From assembly GCA_950097015.1 (NCBI GenBank), contig CATNEN010000029.1, positions 7,812,001-7,876,000 of the forward strand: a stretch of 64,000 nucleotides of DNA, written 5' to 3'. Position numbers and translations under genes: made by a program. The notes below the pieces were generated by a model. The model was not told where the DNA came from. It did not search any database and worked only from the letters and a program-made list of their open reading frames with translations. This document shows positions 13,420 through 26,329 of the stretch, in pieces (the stretch's first letter is position 1; each line of letters begins with the position of its first letter). The stretch is from Macrostomum hystrix (Eukaryota; Animalia; Platyhelminthes).

Positions 13420-16400
13420 CTATGCATGCTGGTTAGACGCCAGTGTTTTAGAGTGGCAATACCGTCGGTGCAGCGTACCGCGGCTGCTGTAAGCCACGTG
13501 GCTTGAGTAGGCGTAGGAAGCCACTGACTGGCGACCGTCACGCCTTGGTGGTGGCTCAGTGCCGTATGAGACATCCGGCTGAGCAACAGCGGCTGTCGCG
13601 TCGCCGCTTGAGGATTTTAGTAGAATACAGAAATTGTGCGAATTTGTGAGAATTTGTGCGGTTTACAAGAGTAGCTTGGTATTTTCACTCAGATATCAAT
13701 GCATGCAATTCCAAAAACTCGAAAATGTTGACAAAGTAGAAGCAAATTAGGATAGCACAGATGATCAAGTACGGAAAACCGATGTCAAATATACGTTGCT
13801 AAGTTAAAGAGGGAAACTACCGATTGAGGAAGTCAATTCTAGACAAATCTGCTGCTATCTAGAACTCTATATACCCGAGAAATTTAATAGCCCTAGACAG
13901 TATCTACTCGTATAAGATAGATAGCATTTCAGGGTCATGAAAATATCTAGCTCATTCTAACTTGACCAATCTACTCTAATTCACCGCTCACCCCCTCGAG
14001 TCGGGCCTGTAGAGCGCACCATGACTGCCGTAAAGTCCGGCGTTGCCGCCGCCGCTGCGTCGCAGCTCAGAGGCGAGGCGTTCTCGCTCGAAGCGCTCTC
14101 CGGACAGCTGTCTGGTCAGCCGCTCAACCTCGGACTCCAGCTCGGAGTTACGCGAGCGTAGCCGGGTCAGCTCCCGGCCCTGCTGCTCCAGTTTGGTCTC
14201 GCCGAGGTCCAGACGTTCGCGCAGCATGCTCAACTCCGCGTGGCGTTCCTGAGAGTCCAGCTGCGTTTGGAACTCCTTCTCGCGGCTGGCGCTGAGCACA
14301 GTTTCCAGACTCTTCTTGGCGTCTTGCTCGGCCAGCAGCTGCTCTCGCAGCAGATCGTTCTCGTGCTGCAGATCGTCCAGCTGTCCGGCCAGCTGATCCG
14401 CGTCCAGCGCCTTGCTAGTGAGCTGCCGCTGCGCCTGGTCCTTGCTGGACTCCAGCTTGGCACACAGGTCGCGCAGAGCGGACAGGTCTTTCAGAACCTC
14501 CTCGCGCTCATACTGCTGCTGGCGCAATGAGTCCTCAAGGTCAGATACTGACCGGCTCAAGTTGGCCACCTGTTACGGTTGGTCGGATTCGGTATTAGTT
14601 TAGTTTTTGTGGAGCAAACGTATAACGAGTCATAAGTCATACTTTAACCCATGTGGTAACCCATGTTAGCTGTCAGGAGTCCTACGCTCGTATATAGGTC
14701 CCTAAGCTCAATTTTAGGTCGCATTAATTTGCTGCGCAGACATCGAGAGAATGCTCGAATTCTCATGCAATTTACATCTGTGAGGGCCGATCTCTAGGTC
14801 ACTATGAGAATGTACACTGATAGACGATAAAAATTGAATGTACGCAACTGTGACAGCGTGTGTTCTCAGAGGTCAGCCGAATGGGTCAGAACTCCCGCGC
14901 CCACTGGCTGCGTGTCGACTGTCCTCTAAAAGCGCCAGTATCCACAACGCCTATAAGCATTTATTCTCACCTGCAGCTCGTATGAGTTGATGGAGCGCCG
15001 ACCGTCCTGCAGGTCGGACTCAGCCTGTTCCAGCTTATCGCGCAGCCTCTTGCAGTCGGCCTCCTTCGCGGCCAGCTCCAGGCGTAGACTACTGGCCTCC
15101 GACTCAAGTTGGTGAGATTCGGCTTGGTACTTGTCCGACTCGGCGGTCAGCAGGCGGTACTGCTCCAGCAGGTCGCTGCGCTCGCGCTCCTTCTGGCCCA
15201 GCAGCTCCTCGACGCGGCGCACTTCGGCCACGTAGTCCTGTGCCTTGTGCTTGAACTGCTCGCGCTCCTGCACAGTCTCCTGCAGCTCAGCCTGCGCGGG
15301 AAGGCAAATGATTTTAACATTTAACTGGGGATTGGTACCACTAATCAAAGCGGCAACCCACCTGCAGGCTAGAGTTGTCCCTAGCCAGGGCCTGTAAGTC
15401 GTCCTGCAGGCGCGCCACCTCGCGCTGCAGTGCCTCAACCCGGCGTCGCTCGGCCCCCAAATCGGCCTGCGTGGCCTCGCCAGACTTGCGCGACTGTCGA
15501 AGCTCCTTCTCCCGGCTGGCCAGCTGATCCTGCGCCCGGCCCAGCTGGTACTCCGCGTGGTGCAGCTGAGTGCGCAAGTCGCTGACCTGGGCCTCTTTAG
15601 CCTTCAGCTCGTCTTCCAATGCCCTGGCGCGGTCCGTACGCTCCCGGAGAACGCCCTCCAGGCTGTCCTTCTCATAGTCGAGGTTGGCCAGAGCGGTTCG
15701 CAACTGCGCCTGATCGTCGCGCAACGCTTTCACCTCGCGCTCCAAAGTGATACAGCGGTCCTGAAGCAGATTGGCAGCGTCCTGCGCCTGCAGCAGGTCC
15801 GCCTCCAGCTGACGGCCGGTGCGCTGAGCTGCCTCGGTCTGCATGCGTTGCTGATTGCTGATGGCCCGCTCGTTGCCCAGCTCCTCGGTGCGTTCAGCCA
15901 GACCCCTCTGAAGCTGTTTGTTCTGGTCTTCGAGCTCCTGGCAGCGCTGGCGCAGAGTTGCGGCTCGGGTGCCCAGATCGTCACGCTCCGAGGCCGTCTG
16001 AAGGTTTTGGTGGAAGGTTCTCACTTTTCTGCAAGCTTTGCTTAATAATTTTATAAGCATAAGTATTCGCTTGTGCGTCCCAACAAGCCAAATAGCAACC
16101 AGATAGATACCAGATAAATACCAGATAGATATGATATAAATATATTAGATAGATATCAGGTAGATATGAGATAGATACATGATAAGTGCACTGATTAGGC
16201 ACTCACCTTCCGAGTCGCATTCTGCAGATCCTCGATACGCTGCTCCAGCCGGGCCTTGTCACTGAGCGCCGTCTCTGTGGCCACCTTCAGGCGCTCTCGT
16301 AGGCTGTCTCGCTCGGTCATCATTCTGCGCAGGTCGGCCAGAGCATCGTCACGTTCAGTCTCGACACGCTTCAACACGGCCTGGGCTGCTAGAGACACCT

Positions 16401-19400
16401 TCGGCTGCGCTGGCGACGCTAAAAGCTCCCGCCGGGCGCGGTGGAGCTCATCGTTGGTGTCGTCCAGCAAGCGGCTGAGCTGGTCCCGCTCCTGCGTGAG
16501 GACCCGAACATTGCCTTGAATCTCGGCCATGTGCCGCTCAAACTTGTCGAGCAGTGCCTGCAGCTCGTCGCGTTCTCGCTTGACGCGCAGAAGCTCCGAG
16601 TCGTCGCCTGACGAAGCGACGCCCGCAGTCGGACGATCCCGTGTCGGCGGGGAGCGCGCCCGAGATCGGGTGCTGGCGTAGCGAACGGGATCTACATCCG
16701 CCAGAGTCTTGCTTAGCGTGGGCTCCGTCGACTGAAAAGTTTCATTTGCTTCGATTTTTTGCATTTTTGCTTGAGTTGAATTTTTAGCTCGTACTCTATT
16801 CTTTGAGCGTGAGCTTACTTCTGAGGCTAGTAAGGGAGTTGTAGCCTAGGGGTTAGAGCGCCTGACTTCAATGTTGAATTAAAGGTCGGAAGTTCGATTC
16901 TCGACTCCACTGCAACAACTTGTGTCCTTTAGCATGGCACTTAACTCTGCATTGCTTAAGTTCACCCAGCTGTTAAATGGGTACCAGCATTAGATGGGGT
17001 TATTAATTACGGGCTGAACAACCGTACGCAGCTTTCAGATGCGCCGCGCAATAGCTGCGCCGTGCTGTCGGCTGCACATCTAGCTCTATTGGGCAGGTGT
17101 AATCAATTATATTTACTGGGTAGCATAGCTGGTCAGGTTTGTTACAATTAGAACCATGCGGCGTTCTGAACGAGACTCTGAGAGTAACAAGACGCAAAGG
17201 GCGTGCCAAGTATTCAAGAATAATCCCTGAGTGATGAGTCATGCCGCAGATTTGGAGCTAAATATTAATTCGCATGCAGCACGGGCTACTGCCAGTCAGC
17301 TTGAAGGAGCTGGCCGTAGAGCCTCGCATATGATTAAGTAGCATGCAGCTGTGGAGAGGTCATCAGTCTGAGTCTATTGGAAGTCGTTGCTTAAATATTA
17401 ATGCCCCCAGCTGCCCGTCGCTGTGACTTGGACCCATCCCTCCTCCTTAATATGCGCCTGAGCACACCACGCAATCTGCCTGACGACAAAGGCACCTTTT
17501 TGGTCAATGCCACTCCCAACACTCCAACACTTCACTTTAATGTAAGTGTCAGAACTGCCTATTTCCTGCTGATGTGACAGGTCATCTAGGCGGCTTTTAG
17601 CTAACAAAGTTCACAACCTCTGCCAAAGTTATTATTGCACTCGATTATTGATTACGATAGAATTCTGACAATTAATAGTAACTGATTTTTTTAAAGTCTT
17701 GTGAGAATTTTAGTTCGAATTTTTTAAACAAGAATCATGGCAATGAAATCAGTCTTCGACGATTACGTCCACCCATTTAAATCAACGGATCAACTAAACC
17801 TGATATCAGCAAACCCCAGCCGACGAGCCAGATACTTGTGCACCTTGTTACGACTTCTCTCCTGTCTCATTTCTCCGCTGTCTCATCTCTCTCATCTAAT
17901 TTTTCTCGTATCAAATCTCTCCCTTATCTCATATCTCCCCTGTCTCATCCCCCCTTGTCTCATCTCTCCCCTGTCTCATCTCCCCCTGTCTCATCTCCCC
18001 CTGTCTCATATCTCCCCCCTGTCTCATCTCCCCCCTGTCTCATCTCCCCCCTGTCTCATCTCTCCAATGTCTCATCTCTCCCCTGTCTCATCTCTCCCCT
18101 GTCTCATCTCCCCCCTGTCTCATCTCCCCCCTGTCTCATCTCTCCCCCTGTCTCATCTCTCCCCTGTCTCATCTCTCTAATGTCTCATCTCTCCCCCTGT
18201 CTCATCTCTCCCCTGTATCATCTCACCCCCTGTCTCATCTCTCTAATGTCTCATCTCCCCCCTGTCTCATCTCTCTAATGTCTCATCTCCCCCCTGTCTC
18301 ATCTCTCCCCTGTCTCATCTCGCCCCGTCTCATCTCCCCCTGTCTCATCTCTCCCCTGTCTCATCTCGCCCCCTGTCTCATCTCGCCCCCTGTCTCATCT
18401 CTCCCCTGTCTCATCTCTCCCCTGTCTCATCTCTCCCCTGTCTCATCTCTCCCCTGTCTCATCTCCCCCCTGTCTCATCTCCCCCCTGTCTCATCTCTCC
18501 CCTGTCTCATCTCTCCCCTGTCTCATCTCTCTAATGTCTCATCTCTCCCCTGTCTCATCTCGCCCCCTGTCTCATCTCGCCCCCTGTCTCATCTCTCCCC
18601 TGTCTCATCTCTCCCCTGTCTCATCTCCCCCCTGTCTCATCTCTCCCCTGTCTCATCTCGCCCCGTCTCATCTCCCCCTGTCTCATCTCTCCCCTGTCTC
18701 ATCTCGCCCCCTGTCTCATCTCCCCTGTCTCATCTCTCCCCTGTCTCATCTCTCCCCTGTCTCATCTCTCCCCTGTCTCATCTCTCCCCCTGTCTCATCT
18801 CTCCCCTGTCTCATCTCTCCCCTGTCTCATCTCTCCCCTGTCTCATCTCTCCCCTGTCTCATCTCTCCCCTGTCTCATCTCTCCCCTGTCTCATCTCTCC
18901 CCTGTCTCATCTCTCCCCTGTCTCATCTCTCCCCTGTCTCATCTCTCCCCTGTCTCATCTCTCCCCTGTCTCATCTCTCCCCTGTCTCATCTCTCCCCTG
19001 TCTCATCTCTCCCCTGTCTCATCTCGCCCCCTGTCTCATCTCGCCCCCTGTCTCATCTCTCCCCTGTCTCATCTCTCCCCTGTCTCATCTCTCCCCTGTC
19101 TCATCTCTCCCCTGTCTCATCTCTCCCCTGTCTCATCTCTCCGGTGTCTTAACTCTCCCAACCACTGACCAATACCGATTATTCCCCCAAACATCTGCAG
19201 CATCTTATTCTCCATCTCTCACCTTCCTTGTGACGCCGCTCTTGCCGCTGGCAGTCTTGCCTGCCGGCTTGCTCGGACTGGCCAGTCGAGTCTTGGACGG
19301 TGTCCGGCTCAGCCTTGTCGGACTGGAGCTGCGGGAGCCGTTCAGCACAGCTGGCGTGCGCAGCATCCTGTTGAGCTCCTCGGCCTCGTGCTTCCAATAG

Positions 19401-22400
19401 TCCCGATCCTCCTCGATGCCCTTCAGGTACTGCTCAATCTTGGAGGTGGTGGTTCCAGCTGCTCGATCCTTCTTGCCGCCTGTGGTTCCGTTGGCTCCGC
19501 CCTTGCGTCTGAGGCGTTCGATCTCTAGCACGAGTTCACGCTCTGTCGGTGAATTCGTCAGTTTCGGTTATGTTTGGCCAGCAGTGGTGTTCTAACTATC
19601 TTATCCAATAATCACACCCGGGGGTTGAAAAGTTTGCACAGAATGAAACGCAAACAAAGACTGAGCAAATAGTGTTTAATTATTCAGTGCCAGTATTGAA
19701 ACTGTATAAAAAACCTGGACATTTGATTTTGGTTAGACAACTGTGAAAATATCGAATCGTATGGCACGTAGTATTCAGCTTATTGTGGTTCCAATCCCAC
19801 CTGATCCTATGTCAACTGGACAGCGAGAACACTCAAGTACACTGCTGCAGCAATAAGACATTGCATGGGAACCCGAAACGAAGCGTATTCAACTCAAACC
19901 ACACACCCAAGCAAGCAGTTGGGCACACACACACACACAATGTCAACACTCGCTGCCTGCCGAGAGCTGGATGAGAAACTGAATGTCCTGAAGAAAAAAC
20001 CCAGCTCTGGTCGCGTGTTGTTCTTGGAAAAACTTTCTCTAGCTAACAAGAAGGCTCTAAGCAGGTGGAACAAGAGGTAGAATAAAGGTGGGAGGCAGGT
20101 AGGGACAAAGCAAATTTGGAGATGTTGGATTAGTGCTAATTCTTTTTTGCGGGTTGTTAGGAGCTCAGTTGACTGAAAAGTGGGGTCTTTTTTCATTTTA
20201 GTTTAGGGAAAACTCCCTCTCTGATCCCACAGGTGCGTCATCGACCAACTCTTTTGTCTCATTCACTCTATATTCTTCCCAACAGCCAAGTCGCACTGCA
20301 CCAGTCGACTTTGAGTCTGAAGTGAAATCAAGCTAACTTATGACTCAAATAAGAGAATCGGATGATGGAGAGGCCCTGAAGAATGTTTCCTGTGAAAATT
20401 AGCATAATAGAAACGCACATAGACATGCACGTCCTCCTATACATACTTAAATGAGGCATGATTGCATACGACGAAGCGGAAGCTCTTTCAAGGAAAGCGT
20501 AGTAAGCGAGAGGATGTCTCGCTGTCAGATTACTCGTTTTTGGTGTACATCTGAGTGGCTCTAATGGATACAAATTGAACGACAAGAACCCATGAAGCCT
20601 TCTCTCCGCGGCTACGTCTGAAATCAATTTAGCTTCGCCGCGAAATCGAGCTCAGGGGACCTTAGTGCGAAAGGCAAACGCACTAACCCGCTCTGCCACT
20701 TGCGCCCGCCTGATATAGAGATATGCGCTCGTACAGGCAGTTTGGGAACACACATAATCAGGCTTGGTATTGCGTCTGTCTCTACAACTCCTTGCTGGAT
20801 TACCGTTGTCCAGCACCGACTGCGGGGTGATGGCTGGCCAGCCGTCAAGCGATCTGGACAGCGGCGCAAAGCTGGCAAAGTCGATTGTCGATCGACAGCG
20901 GACGAGGCCTTCTCGAGGAACGCCTGCTGCCGATTGAAGTCACCTGACTTTGGAACGAAGCCGCCGCTGCTGCTGCTGTGTCTGAGTCGCCTTTGCCCGT
21001 CTGGACCGCCAGTCAGCATTTCATCCTGCCTCGCTGGTGGGATTTCGCTCCCCTTAGGAAATGGGCCTCAGTTCCCACCACCCCTGACCCAGCAGGGCAG
21101 TTATCGTTGATGGGAGGCTGGCCAGACACCAGAGCAGAGGGGACAGGAAGTGACTCAGCCAATCAGGTAATCCGGGAATATTCCATTGCGGGCGACACAG
21201 AGAAGAGTGGAAGAGAAATGACTGTAGACTTTATCTCAGCGGCAATTCCAGGCCTCGCAGGAATGCAGGCAACAGTTTCTCTCCACTCCCCACCCGGCCT
21301 ACCCCCTGAGCCACGCCTTGACAACCGCGTTGCATCCCCTGCAGGCAGACATCATTTAATTCAATGTCGCCGTTTTTCATGCCTTTGGTGGAGAACAAAA
21401 AAGCTGAAGTTTTTTCCGCGCACGCTGCGTTGAGAGCTTTCTGAGTGCAAAAACTTGAGTAAAATTATAATTTCCTCATTGATTTCATTCGCATTCATTT
21501 GGGGTGCAGCCGCGGAGCGATGGCTTGAGGAGCTTGTAGTGAAATTTACGACATATTTTTTTCTGTCTCTGACTTTAGACCAAGGGTTCAAGAGTTCGAT
21601 TCTCAGACCATTGGAAACAATTTGTAACCTTGAGTGAAAAACTTAATTTCCTTCGTACTTCAGCTCGAAATCAGTCTAACCCCACATTGAACGGCCTAAT
21701 CTACGAGTATTAACAGTAGACAGACCACGCTATTTCCTCCCACTGGGGAAAGACCACGTTACTTCCTCCCGCTGGGGAAAGACCACGCTATTTCCTCCCA
21801 CTGGGGAAAGACCACGTTACTTCCTCCCGCTGGGGAAAGACCACGCTATTTCCTCCCCCTGGGGAAAGACCACGCTATTTCCTCCCCCTGGGGAAAGACC
21901 ACGCTATTTCCGCCCCCTGGGGAAAGACCACGCTATTTCCTCCCCCTGGGGAAAGACCACGCTATTTCCGCCCCCTGGGGAAAGACCACGCTATTTCCTC
22001 CCACTGGGGAAAGACCACGCTATTTCCTCCCACTGGGGAAAGACCACGCTATTTCCTCCCCCTGGGGAAAGACCACGCTATTTCCGCCCCCTGGGGAAAG
22101 ACCACGCTATTTCCTCCCCCTGGGGAAAGACCACGCTATTTCCTCCCACTGGGGAAAGACCACGCTATTTCCTCACCCTGGGGAAAGACCACGCTATTCC
22201 TCCCCTGAGATGAGACAGGGGGAGATGAGACAGCGGAGAGATGAGACAGGGGAGAGATGAGACAGGGGGAGATGAGGCAGGGGAGAGATGAGGCAGGGGG
22301 AGATGAGACAGCGGGAGAAATGAGACAGGAGAGAAGTAACAAGGTGCACAAGTATCTGGCTCATCGGCTGGGGTTTGCTGATATCAGGTTTAGTTGATTC

Positions 22401-25400
22401 GTTGATTTAAAGGGTGGACTTAACGTCGAAGACTGATTTCCTTTTTTTCGTCAACAAACACTCCGACGAGAATCGTTGAATATCTCGACGATGCCAATGT
22501 TTTGTGATTCTGGAAGTTGCTTCATCAGATTGAGCAGAAAATTTTAGCCCGCGTTCTGGATTTCCATGACGATTGGTTAAATTTTCGGGAGATATAGACG
22601 AAAAAAAAATGTGGGTATTTGAAATACCACGTGCTCTTTTCGATTGCCTATCGATAGCTTATCAGTATTTCTCAAAGTCTAACAGAATTTAGCGGGTTGT
22701 AAAACCCGCCAAACCGATAGTTATAAAACTACTAAAACTGGTGGCCAAGGCTTTATTGCCCTACAGACAAATTGTGATGAGCAGGATTGGTTTACACCTG
22801 TTGGTAGCGGTGAAGGGCTGCTAAGAGAATATAGTCTGTGTGCGTGTGGGTTGTGCGGGGAGGGTTGTCAGGCGCGTGCATTGTGAAGGCATCCGGCTAG
22901 CAGGAAGGATAAATCATGCGCCTCCCCTGTTGAACTCATTCTCCTCTTCCTGTTGCCAACCCCCGCCGAATGCGGCACCACCTCCGCATTGACGTTTAGC
23001 CACCTGTTCCACTGCCTGTTCCACTGCCTGTTCCACTGCCTGTTCCACTGCCTGTTCCACTGCCTGTTCCACTGCCTGTTCCACTGCCTGTTCCACTGCC
23101 TGTTCCACTGCCTGTTCCACTGCCTGTTCCACTTGCACAGAGTGGACTTCAGACTGATTAAATGAGTCAGGAGAAAAGTCCTGAACTGGATTACTTCCGC
23201 GGCCTTTCGTGCCAGTGACAGACTCCCTGTGTGAGTGTGATTCCGTGTACTCATCTGTGCACTGAGACAACTGTCAATGAGTTGGCCTTGTACGTATTTG
23301 CCTTTCATTCGGGACGGGTGACAAGAAGGAAGAGTGTGAAAGGAGTACACGGAATGGAGAACGGGGAGGCAGAATAGAAGAGCACCAAATGACGTCGTCA
23401 AGTCCGCACTTGTCTCTGGAACAGGCGACAATAGAAAAAGAAGCAGCGGGGGCGGGATGTGAGAGATGTTGCACGACAGCATTTTTTTTCCGGAGTTGAC
23501 GTCAAACAGCTGCAGAGATGAGGCCCCCCCACCGCCCATCTGCTTTGTCGGCTTTGCCTGCCTGCCTGAAAGTAGAAAACCGACCATCAATCCCATGAAG
23601 GTGCGCCCTGCCCCCAGAAATCAACCGGAGGAGAAGAGGACAAAATGGCGGCGGCTTCCGCAGCCCTATTCTACTCTAGCCATTGTCTTAGCTTGCAGCA
23701 TCCCCCACCAGAGCTCGCCCTGCTGGCAGGAGCGCTTGGCTGACAGGGTGGCATTGTGGGAGGGCCTAATTTGTCCATTTTTTGCTTGCTCTCCTAGCGA
23801 CTGCTGCATCATGGGCGAATTGATAGACTAATTGGCAGTTAGAGGGCATAGTCCTGAGACTATCTAACTAATTAGGAAGAGCAGAATAACAAACTGGCTA
23901 CCAGTTTTGTGAGCTAGATTTGCTTTTTTTGCTGAAGCAGTTTTGAAAGTCAACTCAAACTAATAGAGATGATGCTGATGCCTAAAGATGCATTGCGACA
24001 GCATCAATGAAAGATGGCAATGTGCGACTCATAGTGGGCAAAAGTTCTATGATGCGACGTCTTATAATATGGGGTGTTTCCCAAGGTCGTCCTTGAATCG
24101 TCCTTGAAGCATTGGGAAGGGATTTTACGTAAATCATACCCCCTACGTCCTGGAATTCAGCGTTTAGAGCACTATAAAGCGTTAAACGCAACAGCAGGGG
24201 TTGAGTGCCAGAGCGGTCTAACGCGTTTGCCTCTCGCACCAAGGTCCCTGAGCTCGATTCCGCGGCGAGGCCGCATTCATTTGGGGTGCAGCCGCGGAGA
24301 GAAGGCTTGGGGACTTGTCGTGCAATTTGCGCCCTTGAGGGCCAACCTCCAAGGCACAGTGAGAGTGTACACTGCCTGATGATGAGAAAAGGGCAGATGT
24401 ACAAACCTGTGTGAGCATGTGCCTATGTACAGTATCTGTGTGTCCTCAGGAGTCAGCGGAATGGGCAGAATCGCCTTCTTGCTGGCTGCGGGTCTAGTGT
24501 CACCAAATGATGTACCATCGACCGCAGCCCTAGTGTAATTATTATTAGTTTATTATTAAACGCTAGTGTTTACATACATACATAAACTCTTCCGGAGGGA
24601 GGCTTGTTGCCGCTTGCTTGGAGTTTCGGATTTTTAACAGAGAGGTCAGAAGTCCTAATATTTTTTGCCTATTGGAAACAATTAATTTGCGTGCCTGACG
24701 AAGACAATTAATTCCCATTGATTCAGCGAGGGTCTTCGGTTTTAATTCGGGTCTATGCTGGTATGCCGGTCCTTTCCCAGTCCATGGACTGGTTATACAA
24801 TATGTAGATGCGCAATGAAATCGTTACGGTTGTGGCAACTTGCTGCACATCTGAGCATAGGCTATGCTTAGTTTTTATCTACCTCATTAACACGAGACAA
24901 GAAGGAGACAGGATCAAGAAACTGATTTGTAGCACATTAATAGAAATAAAATAGAAATTACTAGTCCACTGCTCACCGTTGGCTGTGAGCTTCTCAATGC
25001 GCTGCGTGAGCCGCTTCTTGTCCGCCTGCTGCTGAGCGATGAGCTCCTGCAGTTGCCGATTGTCCATGGTGGAGCTGGCTGCCTGCTTCTTGGTGTCGTT
25101 CAACGAGTCCTGCAGCTTCTTGCGGTCCTGAATGACAGTTGGAGTAGGATATTGCACTGACTGGCTGACTGACTTATATTTAAGGTCGACTGACAGGGCA
25201 TTGATTTTTTTATTTAAAATTTAAGTAACAGTTTTTGTCAATCGACAGTACTTAAAGTAGTCCAGAATGGAAAAATTTGCAAAAAGCAAGCCAATTTCAA
25301 TAAGCACAATTCACGAGTAAGTACGAGTACAAAGCGGCAATGTGCTTTGGCACTCCATTGTCTTTCTGCTACAGATTCACTGCGTTCAGATGATTAGATT

Positions 25401-26279
25401 GCAGGTCTCATTGACTCAGCAGTCAGCCACACCAGACAGATGCAATGTTAATCCTCCATTCAACCCTGGCGTTGCAGAGAATCCGTCGGCAAGGCCTCGG
25501 AAGTGAGTCACGGCATTCAGAGAGAGAAGCGAATGAATTGTATTCACTCATTGAGGCATGGATTACTGTTACCATTACGCGTTTGCCTCTCGCACTAAGG
25601 TCCCGTGCTCGATTCCGTGGTGAGGCTACCTTTATTTCAGCCGCGGAGAGAAGGCTTGGGGGCTTGTCGTGCAATTTACGCCCTTTAGGGCCAACCTCCA
25701 AGGCACAGTTCGAGTGTACACTGCCTGACGATGAGAAAGCCAGGGCCGATGTACACACCTGTGTGAGTATGCGCCTGCATACGCTGTGCGCAGCGTGTGC
25801 TCAGGAGTCAAGCGAAATGGGGGGGGCGGAATTGCCTCCTCGCTGGCTGCGGGTCTAGTGTCACCAAATGATGTGCCATTGCCCACAGCCCTCCTGCAAT
25901 AATAATAATACAACTATCTTTTATGCTATAATAATATATTTTTATAGCCTGTCCTCATGCAAGACACTTAATTCCCTAGTTCTTAGGAAGGGAGAATGTT
26001 TGCGAGTTGGTTGGCTCCCCAGTCCTCGGACTGAACAGCTGGACGCAGCCTTTGGAAGCACCATAGCTGCGGCTGTGACTGGCTCTACATCTGGCCCTAT
26101 TGGACTAGGTGTCATTTCTCATATTTATCTATATCAATCTACAGGGTAGTTACTCACAGAAGGCATGCATAAGATCGACGAGGGGTCGTGCAGTTAGAGC
26201 GACTTACATTGTGAGAGCTGTACAGCATGGACCTGTACCTGTCCTGCCCGCTCCCAGCAGCCGCTGCTCCAACAGATGT

Positions 26280-26329
<50 letters not shown>

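Noticed and set aside
16834-16915. tRNA-like sequences here and at 61255, 20640 and 24195
   Set aside because: The cloverleaf stems do not pair and each continues into a shared repeat body, so these are SINE heads rather than tRNA genes.
17737-19400. Long ORFs (up to 296 aa) of SHLSPVSSLPCLISP repeats
   Set aside because: These are translations of the 16-bp satellite on the strand opposite CEP135; the frames lack stops because of repeat composition.
20800-21000. PALRRCPDRLTAGQPSPRSRCWTTV as an RTE C-terminal remnant
   Set aside because: The similarity is too weak to support without a search.
24370-24400. CTGATGA..GAAA as a hammerhead ribozyme core in SINE B
   Set aside because: There is no stem II between the two motifs and no matching stems I/III. 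No convincing hammerhead was found elsewhere by eye.
24485-24515. CTAG end of SINE B as a Helitron terminus
   Set aside because: Homology between copies continues past CTAG, and the 5' end is tRNA-like.
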